From positions 2,977 to 66,976 of the forward strand of contig JAHDGM010000005.1 in the NCBI GenBank assembly GCA_020627655.1: 64,000 nt of DNA. Reading direction: 5' to 3'. The stretch is from Hellea sp. (GTDB taxonomy: Bacteria; Pseudomonadota; Alphaproteobacteria; Caulobacterales; Maricaulaceae). Made by a program: the position numbers and the translations under genes. A model generated the notes under the pieces. The model was not told the origin of the DNA. It did not search any database and saw only the letters and a list, made by a program, of their open reading frames with translations. Of the stretch, positions 57,053-64,000 are shown in pieces (the first letter of the stretch is position 1; each line of letters begins with the position of its first letter).

Positions 57053-57204
57053 GATTTGTCTTGTAGGTTAAGAACGCCTTCGGCGAGGATGATGGCGACA
57101 ACGGCAATCAACAGGCTGAAAAGTGGATTTTTAATGGTCAAAATGGATAATATTCCGGCGATAGATCCAACGACCAATGCCAATGGGCGGAGACTGATAT
57201 TCAT
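57049..57204 (-). CDS. unlisted 51-codon two-helix membrane protein
   Basis: Hand translation: MNISLRPLALVVGSIAGILSILTIKNPLFSLLIAVVAIILAEGVLNLQDKS*. GAGGA lies 7 nt upstream of the ATG. The stop overlaps the cyclophilin start (TCATGA). Confidence 0.5.
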   Translation of the reverse strand: MNISLRPLALVVGSIAGILSILTIKNPLFSLLIAVVAIILAEGVLNLQDKS

Positions 57205-57215
57205 TTTAGAATCCT

Positions 57216-57824
57216 CTAAACTTCTGAGGATTTAAGTTCTACGTCCCAATACAAATAGTCAAGCCAGCTTTCATGAAGATGATTAGGCGGAAACCTGCGG
57301 CCTTGCGCCTGAAGTTGATGCATGCTTGGCCTGTAAGGTTTTTGCGAAAGTGACATTCCGGCTTCTTTGGGTGTGCGCCCACCTTTCTTTAAATTACATT
57401 TTGAGCAGGCTGCGGCAATATTTGTCCAGCTTGTTTCACCGCCAAGCCGTCGCGGAACCACATGGTCAAAGGTAAGCTCCTCAGGACTGCTGCAATATAC
57501 GCACTTAAACCCGTCCCGTAAGAACAGATTAAACCGGGTGAAAGCGGGTGAACGGTTTTGAGTGACATAATCTTTGAGCGCGACCACACTGGGGAGCGGC
57601 ATTTCGAAATTGGCCGAGCGCACGGTGCGCTCATAATTATTAATTACCTGAACACGGTCGAGAAAGACAGCTTTAACAGCATCCTGCCAGGACCACAAAG
57701 ATAAAGGGAAGTAGGATAAAGGCTGATAATCTGCGTTTAAGATCAAACAGGGACAGGCCCCGCTGGCTAGACTTTTATCGGGAGACTGGAGCGGAAACAT
57801 CATACTCATGACAATGTCCTGCAC
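57216..57824 (-). CDS. HNH endonuclease family protein
   Basis: CVYCSSPEELTFDHVVPRRLGGETSWTNIAAACSKCNLKKGG. Confidence 0.85.
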   Translation of the reverse strand: MQDIVMSMMFPLQSPDKSLASGACPCLILNADYQPLSYFPLSLWSWQDAVKAVFLDRVQVINNYERTVRSANFEMPLPSVVALKDYVTQNRSPAFTRFNLFLRDGFKCVYCSSPEELTFDHVVPRRLGGETSWTNIAAACSKCNLKKGGRTPKEAGMSLSQKPYRPSMHQLQAQGRRFPPNHLHESWLDYLYWDVELKSSEV

Positions 57825-57948
57825 AGAAATAGAGTGTTCCGATTTGTGGTCTTAGTGAATATCCTGAACGCATTTCTCCTTGATTCTGTGGTTAGCTAAC
57901 CAGAATGACGCGCTTGTGACAAGCTCTATAAGTTTCACGACATTATAG

Positions 57949-57963
57949 TTAACACAAGGTTAA
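57949..57963. promoter_or_regulatory. perfect CtrA-box consensus TTAA-N7-TTAA
   Basis: TTAAcacaaggTTAA, 24 nt upstream of ATG 57987 and about 125 nt upstream of the divergent HNH gene. Confidence 0.4.
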
Positions 57964-57986
57964 GCCTTTTGGGGCTAGGAAAACGT

Positions 57987-59288
57987 ATGAGTTTTACGGA
58001 CTATTTTAGACGTTTTGCAGTGTTTGCAGTCTGTGTTTCTGCTTGTGTTTTCATGAGCCTGTCGGCGCTGGCCGATCCGGGGGACGAATGGGCGATTGGC
58101 GATAAAGCGCTCCCCATGACAATAAAAGCTCCGCTGCACGCACGCCGAAAGTCTTCTGCTGAAAAACCTAAAGCAAAAACCGGTGTTCAGGTTGACACCT
58201 ATGCGAAAAACCTAGGACAGATTTCTGCTATTGATACGGGGGACAAGGGTGAAATTTACGTCCTGAACCAATTCAACGGAACGCTAAGCGTGCTTGAGGA
58301 TCGCGAGCTTGATGGGCGCATGGATATGCAGCGGCCACTGCAGAGTGGTTTTACCCAGCCAAGCGGGCTGGTGCTTGCAGGCGAGCATATTTACATTTCA
58401 GATGCGACTGCCATTTGGGTTATGGACCGAACAGGCGGGACTAAACGTGTTTTGGCCTCTTTGGAAAAAGTTCAAGCCAGCCCGGAAAACAGGCCTTTGA
58501 GCTTAAGTCCAGATGGAAAATGGCTATATCTAGGATTATCAAAAGCGGATGGTACCGCGCGGATCGTTCGCGTAAACAGGCAATCTGGTCAGGCTGAAAA
58601 CCTGTCAGCCGGCCCAGGTCCGGTTCGGGCCTTAGCGCAAGCTAAAGGTACGCCGTTATGGGTTGCCGTGAATAACAGCCTCATAGCTGTAACCACGGAG
58701 CGTTATTCGCTCGGCGAAGCCCATCACATGGAACCCGGGGTTTTGGTTCAAGGATTTTATCTTCCGGCCGAAGCGAATGCTATGCCGGAAATATTTAATG
58801 AATTGACGGGACAGTTTTTGGTTTTGCAAGGCGGCGGTGCAAGATTATCCGGTAAGAGCAGCGGCGGGCAAAACCTGGTTGCAGTTCCCGTATCATTCGG
58901 GCAGCCGCAAAACAAAATGCAGGTTGTCATTGACGGATTAGTGACCAACCATGGACGAACGGTTTGGGGCGAGTTCTCGGATATAGCCTGGGATGCACGC
59001 GGATTGTTTTTAGCAGATCGTCAAAATGGAATAATCTGGAAAGCGTCTAAAGCGGTAGATAAACCCAAAATTCTATCGCCCAAAGAAAAGCCTGAAACTA
59101 AGTTTCAAGCCGCCAGCAGCGTCAAAAAACCAAAAGCAAAATGGGGAAGCTCAATTGCCAAAGCGTCGACAATTACGACTGGGTCTACCTTGTCAGAAAA
59201 CTGGAAAGAGCAAAGTTTGATGCCAGAGGAGACGCTGATGGAAAAACTTCGGCGCGAGGAAGAAGAGGCTCTTGAGGAGTCAGATTAA
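57987..59288 (+). CDS. secreted hypothetical protein (beta-propeller-like) with Lys-rich C-terminal tail
   Basis: Signal peptide FAVFAVCVSACVFMSLSALA. Blocks such as GEIYVLNQFNGTLSVLED and PSGLVLAGEHIYISD resemble propeller blades. ATG 57987 with an AGGA SD. Confidence 0.55.
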   Translation: MSFTDYFRRFAVFAVCVSACVFMSLSALADPGDEWAIGDKALPMTIKAPLHARRKSSAEKPKAKTGVQVDTYAKNLGQISAIDTGDKGEIYVLNQFNGTLSVLEDRELDGRMDMQRPLQSGFTQPSGLVLAGEHIYISDATAIWVMDRTGGTKRVLASLEKVQASPENRPLSLSPDGKWLYLGLSKADGTARIVRVNRQSGQAENLSAGPGPVRALAQAKGTPLWVAVNNSLIAVTTERYSLGEAHHMEPGVLVQGFYLPAEANAMPEIFNELTGQFLVLQGGGARLSGKSSGGQNLVAVPVSFGQPQNKMQVVIDGLVTNHGRTVWGEFSDIAWDARGLFLADRQNGIIWKASKAVDKPKILSPKEKPETKFQAASSVKKPKAKWGSSIAKASTITTGSTLSENWKEQSLMPEETLMEKLRREEEEALEESD

Positions 59289-60793
59289 TCGATCTGAATT
59301 TTATGACTGATTAATTGGCCGAGCTTACGCAGTCTATGGGTAACACGTTCTGTTAAAACCGATTCCCAGTCCTTATCTGCGCGAATACGCAAAACGCCAT
59401 TTTCCGGTAGGATATGTATTTTATCCAGAACCAGTGCAGACCGTCCAGAGGCAACGATCGCTAAGCGAATAGCCGTTCCATAAATAAGCGCAGCTTGCCG
59501 CTCGCGGGATGTCAGGAGCAGGTTGATAGCGTTCGGATTGGTCGTTTTGCTCCGACCCGTATAAGAATGAAAAAGAATTAGAGCGAGATAAGCACGTTCT
59601 TTGTGATTTAATCCGGCTAGAGGTGCATAGAGTACATCTTCGAAAACCAGATCGGCGCGGTAGTCAGGATGCAACCCTTTGCCGATGCCGACAAGTTGAC
59701 AGGCGGCTTGTCGAAGACGGGTTTCGTTTTCGGTATCGAAAACATGAGGTAAAATATTTTCCAGAGGTTTTAAAAATTCCATAAGAGGCTCGGCAAAGCC
59801 AAGGCCCTGTAAATTACCCGTGGCAAGATCGCGGCATCCGTCCAGCAAAGCATCCCGCTTCTGAAAGCTTTTGGGCATGTAATCATAGACAAGACCTTCT
59901 CTGAGGCCTGATGATGAAATGACAATTTTGCTAGGGGAGAGCCGATCCAAAAGAATATCCAGCAATAATCCGCCATAAGGTAAAGTTTCAGCGCGTCTTT
60001 GATTGATTTGCGGCCAATGCAAAAGATCATGACGTCCTGGACCGTAGGCCCAGCGGGCCAGGTCCTGAGCTGCGCCGGGCATGAGCTCATAGGCCTGCAG
60101 TGTTTTCATGGGATAAAGATGCCGTTTTTGATGGACGCCAGCCAGATTACGCCACGCTCCCCCAATGAGGTAAAGCGGTTCTGACGTAGTCTTTGGGAAT
60201 GGTTTAGAATCGAGTTCAACCAGTATTTTTGCGCGCATGGACTCTGTGTCGAAGTCCCCTTTTAATCCCAGATCCATACCGGCGACCTGAAACGGACCAA
60301 TGGGATAGGAAATACCCTTGCCGACTTCGCCATTGTTTATTTTGATAAGTTCAAGGCTGGCGCCGCCAAGGTCAGCCGCTATGCCATTGGCGCGAGGCTC
60401 TGCCGCTATAAGGCCCTGCGCTGTCAAATAGGCTTCTTGCTGTCCAGATACGGGCGTAATGTCTAGCCCTGTGGTGTCTTTGACTTCTTGGATGAATTGA
60501 TCGGCATCGCTGGCTACCCGTAGAGCCGCAGTGGCTCCGATCAAAATGTGGTCGAGCTTTTGAGCCTCAGCGAGAGTTTTAAACCGCGTGAGGGCGGCCA
60601 TGGCTTCAATTTTACCACGGGGATTAAGGCATCCAGTGGTGCTGAGGCTTCGCCCCAGCCCGGCTAGGACCTTTTCGTTATATACAGGTGTGAAGGCCGC
60701 GCCGAATAATTCGTAAATTACAAAACGAACCGAGTTGGAGCCAATATCCAAAACCCCGATACGGTTGTGAAGCGAATTATCAGGCTGCTGCAT
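59285..60793 (-). CDS. ppx: exopolyphosphatase (Ppx/GppA family)
   Basis: IGVLDIGSNSVRFVIYE. Start re-picked at MQQPDNS (ATG 60793), overlapping the ppk end by 14 nt. Confidence 0.9.
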   Translation of the reverse strand: MQQPDNSLHNRIGVLDIGSNSVRFVIYELFGAAFTPVYNEKVLAGLGRSLSTTGCLNPRGKIEAMAALTRFKTLAEAQKLDHILIGATAALRVASDADQFIQEVKDTTGLDITPVSGQQEAYLTAQGLIAAEPRANGIAADLGGASLELIKINNGEVGKGISYPIGPFQVAGMDLGLKGDFDTESMRAKILVELDSKPFPKTTSEPLYLIGGAWRNLAGVHQKRHLYPMKTLQAYELMPGAAQDLARWAYGPGRHDLLHWPQINQRRAETLPYGGLLLDILLDRLSPSKIVISSSGLREGLVYDYMPKSFQKRDALLDGCRDLATGNLQGLGFAEPLMEFLKPLENILPHVFDTENETRLRQAACQLVGIGKGLHPDYRADLVFEDVLYAPLAGLNHKERAYLALILFHSYTGRSKTTNPNAINLLLTSRERQAALIYGTAIRLAIVASGRSALVLDKIHILPENGVLRIRADKDWESVLTERVTHRLRKLGQLISHKIQID

Positions 60794-62984
60794 TCTTGCT
60801 ATCTTTGGGCGTTGCGGGTTTTTTAGATTGGCGAGACGGCAATGGAAGTTCTTCGGGGGCATTATATTTCAGAGCCTTGCCTCGACCTGACAATGATGGG
60901 TTTTCCATAAAATATTTATGGGCGGAAAAGCCTTTCTTGCCAGCTTCCAAAGTCTTACGGATATATTTTCCGTCGGGCTGTAATTCCCAGCAATTTGTCT
61001 CATCGTTTAAGTTTGCCACCATGATTTGACGCATAACCTGACGACGAACAGTGGTGGCTTCTATAGGAACCATTGTTTCAACACGGCGATTTAAATTTCG
61101 CGGCATCCAGTCTGCCGATGACATAAAGACTTTAGCGTCTTTATTAGGCAGCGTGTCCCCATTTCCGAAACAGGCGATACGTGAGTGTTCTAAAAAGCGT
61201 CCGACAATGCTTCTGACACGAATATTTTCCGATAAACCAGGCACACCGGGACGCAAGCAGCAAATTCCGCGGACAATCAAATTAATCTGTACGCCTGCTT
61301 GTGAGGCTTCATATAATTTGTCGATAATTTTTGTGTCGACCAGGGCATTCATTTTAGCCCATATCGCGCCTGGTTTGCCATCTTTGACGTTTTTAATCTC
61401 ATTATCTATGAGCTGTTCCAGCGTATTGCGAAGTCCCATAGGCGCGATGATCAGTTTTTCCAGGTCTTTGGGTTTTGAGTATGAGGTCACATAATTAAAT
61501 AATTTACCGACATCACGTCCCATAGCTGGATCAACGGTAAACAAAGCTAGATCCGTATAAATTTTTGCGTTTTGCGCATGATAGTTCCCAGTCCCTAAAT
61601 GCGCGTAAGTGCGTAATGTTTTTCCTTCGCGGCGCACTACAAGGGATACTTTGGCGTGAGTTTTATAATCGACAAAGCCGTAAACAACATGAGCCCCTGA
61701 ACGTTCAAGATCGCGGGCCCAGCGCATATTGGACTCTTCGTCAAAACGCGCTTTAAGCTCAACAAGAGCCGTCACGGTTTTACCTCGCTCGGCAGCTTCG
61801 ATCAGGGCTTTGACAATAGGGCTGTCATCAGAAGTCCGGTAAAGCGTTTGCTTGATCGCGACGACATTAGGATCAAGGGCCGCTTGTTCCAGAAACTGGA
61901 CGACGACATTAAATTCTTCATAGGGGTGATGGACCAAAATGTCCTTGGCGGCTATGGCGGCGAAACAGTCTCCGTCATAATCACGAATGCGTTCAGGGAA
62001 GCGAGCCTGAAAAGGCTTAAACAAAAGATGTGGTCGATAATTGGTGATAAGGTCCGAGAGGGAAGCCATGCCTAGGAATGGACTGCCGTCTTGGATATCT
62101 TCGTGCCAGCACTCAAAGCCTTCAATCAAAAATTCCCGCAGGTCTTCAGATATGGTCGTGTTCATTTCAAGACGAATGACGCGACCTCTTCGGCGTTTCT
62201 TCAAAAGAAACTCAAAGTGCTGTACCAGATCTTCGGCTTCTTCATCGACAGCGATATCGCTATCACGGGTTATTCGGAACAATCCTGTATCCCTGATTTT
62301 AAAGTCAGGGAATAAATCAGGAGCCATCAAGCGCAGGGCTTCTTCGACCGGTACATAGACATCGATTTTTTTCTTCTTGTCATAGGACAAGTGTAAAAAG
62401 CGCGGCGCGTGTTGAGGGATAGGTATGATCGCGTAAAGCGGATCAGCGGCGTTGTCTCTTTTAAGCGATAACACCATGCCAAAGCCAAGATTGGCAATGA
62501 ACGGAAATGGATGCGCCGGATCAACCGCCAGCGGTGACAGCAATGGTAAAACTTGATCTTGATAGGCGGCTTTGAGAGTCGTGGTCTCTTCGGGCGATAA
62601 ATCGTCCAGGCTTTTGACTTGAATGCCTTCTTTCGACATTTTCTTACGCAAGCTGTTCCAGCATTTTTCCTGAGCTTTAATAATCTTACCTACACGTTTG
62701 CCGATTTTCTCAAGTTGCCGCGTGGGTGTGTACCCATCAAAACTGGGTTCCGTAATTCCAGCCAGTTCCTGAGTTCGCAGGCCCGCTACGCGCACCATGT
62801 AGAACTCGTCTAAATTACTTGCGGAAATCGATAGAAAGCGTAACCGCTCCAGTAAAGGCACATTTGAATTTCCCGCCTCATCCAAAACACGGGTGTTAAA
62901 AAACAGCCACGACAGTTCTCTGTTGAAGTATCGCTTGGGTGTCTTCACCTTAGGGGCATTCGGGGAGGGCTGAGTGTCGGTCAT
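60780..62984 (-). CDS. ppk: polyphosphate kinase 1
   Basis: YFNRELSWLFFNTRVL, HAKVSLVVRRE, and GSADWMPRNLNRRVE. Confidence 0.97.
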   Translation of the reverse strand: MTDTQPSPNAPKVKTPKRYFNRELSWLFFNTRVLDEAGNSNVPLLERLRFLSISASNLDEFYMVRVAGLRTQELAGITEPSFDGYTPTRQLEKIGKRVGKIIKAQEKCWNSLRKKMSKEGIQVKSLDDLSPEETTTLKAAYQDQVLPLLSPLAVDPAHPFPFIANLGFGMVLSLKRDNAADPLYAIIPIPQHAPRFLHLSYDKKKKIDVYVPVEEALRLMAPDLFPDFKIRDTGLFRITRDSDIAVDEEAEDLVQHFEFLLKKRRRGRVIRLEMNTTISEDLREFLIEGFECWHEDIQDGSPFLGMASLSDLITNYRPHLLFKPFQARFPERIRDYDGDCFAAIAAKDILVHHPYEEFNVVVQFLEQAALDPNVVAIKQTLYRTSDDSPIVKALIEAAERGKTVTALVELKARFDEESNMRWARDLERSGAHVVYGFVDYKTHAKVSLVVRREGKTLRTYAHLGTGNYHAQNAKIYTDLALFTVDPAMGRDVGKLFNYVTSYSKPKDLEKLIIAPMGLRNTLEQLIDNEIKNVKDGKPGAIWAKMNALVDTKIIDKLYEASQAGVQINLIVRGICCLRPGVPGLSENIRVRSIVGRFLEHSRIACFGNGDTLPNKDAKVFMSSADWMPRNLNRRVETMVPIEATTVRRQVMRQIMVANLNDETNCWELQPDGKYIRKTLEAGKKGFSAHKYFMENPSLSGRGKALKYNAPEELPLPSRQSKKPATPKDSKNAAA

Positions 62985-63079
62985 ATTTTCAACTTGGATG
63001 GATAGTCCAGTCTTATGACAAAACTTCCGGTTAGGTGCAATATAGCTGCATGAGGTTATACCTCATTTGCGAGTCATGC

Positions 63080-63559
63080 CTAGGCGGCGTTAGCGCGCGT
63101 ATCATCCGTGAAGGCAATATAGACGCTTTCGGCGTTAGGCGCGCTACGCAAACGAGCCCGAAGCTCATCTTTGCGAAGACGTCTGGAGACTTGAGCCAGA
63201 GCCCGTAAATGTTCACCGCCAGCGTCGCTGGGTGCCAGAATCAGAACTACGAGATCAACCGGGCGATCATCAATAGCTTCAAATTCGACGGCTGTTTCCA
63301 AACGGGCAATGGCAATGTGAACTTTATCAAGGCCGTCCAGTCGTGCATGAGGCAGAGCAACGCCAGATCCCACGCCCGTTGACCCCAGGCGTTCACGCTC
63401 CATAGCAGCGCTAACAATCTGGCGTAGTTCCAAATCGCTGTCTTTTAGGGTCTCGCTGGCCAGTATAAGCTGGGCCATTTCCTGTATAAGCTGCTTCTTG
63501 CTGGTAACCTTTAAGTCAATGGCTACACAGTCACGCGACAGCAAATTTGCAATACTCAT
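63080..63559 (-). CDS. ptsN: PTS IIA-like nitrogen regulatory protein
   Basis: REKLGSTGVGSGVALPHARL-type motif (ERERLGSTGVGSGVALPHARL). Lies downstream of hpf. Confidence 0.9.
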   Translation of the reverse strand: MSIANLLSRDCVAIDLKVTSKKQLIQEMAQLILASETLKDSDLELRQIVSAAMERERLGSTGVGSGVALPHARLDGLDKVHIAIARLETAVEFEAIDDRPVDLVVLILAPSDAGGEHLRALAQVSRRLRKDELRARLRSAPNAESVYIAFTDDTRANAA

Positions 63560-63607
63560 AGAGTCGCTTTCTGAACAATATATTCAAAATTCGGCTGGCC
63601 CTTACAC

Positions 63608-64000
63608 CTAGTCGGTCTTGGGGTCAATCCACCCTATGTTGCCGTCTGATCTTTTAAAAACCACATTTAAGCGGCCATGTTTGGCATTATTGAAAATTAC
63701 AACGCCTGTATCGGCTAATCCCAGCTCTAAAGCTGCCATGCCCGGGGTCATGGTTTTCAGGCTGCCGGGTTTTTCGGCAATAACCATGGGTTCGCTATTG
63801 CCTGCACTGTTGTCGTCTTCTTCATCACCAACAGGGTTTTCCAGAATGAACATGGAAAATGCTTCCTTCTTGGCAGCGGCATTGTGATCTTTCAGGCGGC
63901 GGGAGTAGCGTCTTAGACGCTTTTCAATATGCTCAAGTGCTTCATCTGTAGCGGCGTAGCCGTCATGGGCACTACCTTGGGCTTCAAGTGAAGCCCCGGA
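63608..64000 (-). CDS. hpf: ribosome hibernation promoting factor (long HPF), 5' end outside window
   Basis: The frame stays open upstream of the listed Met (..DGYAATDEALEHIEKRLRRYSRRLKDHNAAAKKEAFSMF..). A C-terminal dimerisation domain is present. Confidence 0.88.
   Translation of the reverse strand, partial: SGASLEAQGSAHDGYAATDEALEHIEKRLRRYSRRLKDHNAAAKKEAFSMFILENPVGDEEDDNSAGNSEPMVIAEKPGSLKTMTPGMAALELGLADTGVVIFNNAKHGRLNVVFKRSDGNIGWIDPKTD

Noticed and set aside
56003-57235. 128-aa antisense ORF over zapA and 157-aa plus-strand ORF over the cyclophilin gene.
   Set aside because: zapA and the cyclophilin both carry family motifs, and the overlapping ORFs have none.

Overview
The window is a 64 kb stretch of alphaproteobacterial chromosome, mostly housekeeping genes. 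The taxon call rests on three observations: a CcrM-type GANTC methyltransferase, a split F0 operon with both b and b' subunits, and the synteny tolQRAB-pal-cpoB-tilS-ftsH-folP. I cannot name the species.

Gene content in order:
- pgi (5'-truncated), a DCC-family oxidoreductase and an acyl-CoA synthetase.
- A divergent pair of a GT-C-like membrane protein and a GT2 glycosyltransferase.
- The complete tol-pal/cpoB cluster, then tilS, ftsH, folP, thiD, trmD and rplS.
- A small secreted-protein cluster: a PKD-like protein plus two tandem Cys-containing paralogs.
- asd and phoD.
- An envelope-sugar operon: GT2, kpsF, a membrane protein and phosphomannomutase.
- atpI-B-E-F'-F, smc, two tandem DsbA-like lipoproteins, a DUF721 protein, mutY, a GFA-family protein and ccrM.
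- tesB, a PaaI thioesterase, an exported agmatine-deiminase-family lipoprotein, a DUF4281-like protein, a frameshifted DUF1697 gene and a VOC-family protein.
- lepA.
- A co-directional accessory block: TadG-like protein, lipoprotein, DUF4132-family 848-aa protein and a 132-aa protein ending in Gly-Gly.
- A small CxxC protein plus a TonB-dependent receptor with two His/Asp/Glu-rich inserts.
- An FKBP-type isomerase, fba (class I), pgk, gap, a DUF4164 protein, zapA, a cyclophilin, an unlisted 51-codon membrane ORF, an HNH endonuclease and a secreted hypothetical protein.
- ppx, ppk, ptsN and hpf (5' end outside the window).

I found no rRNA, tRNA, CRISPR array, transposase or integrase.

The best candidate for something undescribed is the low-GC pair at 44182..47129. 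A DUF4132-family giant is translationally coupled to a small protein whose sequence layout and ...PLVGG-stop terminus resemble MoaD/ThiS/ubiquitin-like beta-grasp carriers. No E1, E2, JAB or thiamine/molybdopterin partner lies nearby.

All family assignments come from motif recognition by eye. Several start codons were re-picked from signal peptides or Shine-Dalgarno (SD) context and could be off. No searches or computations were run.
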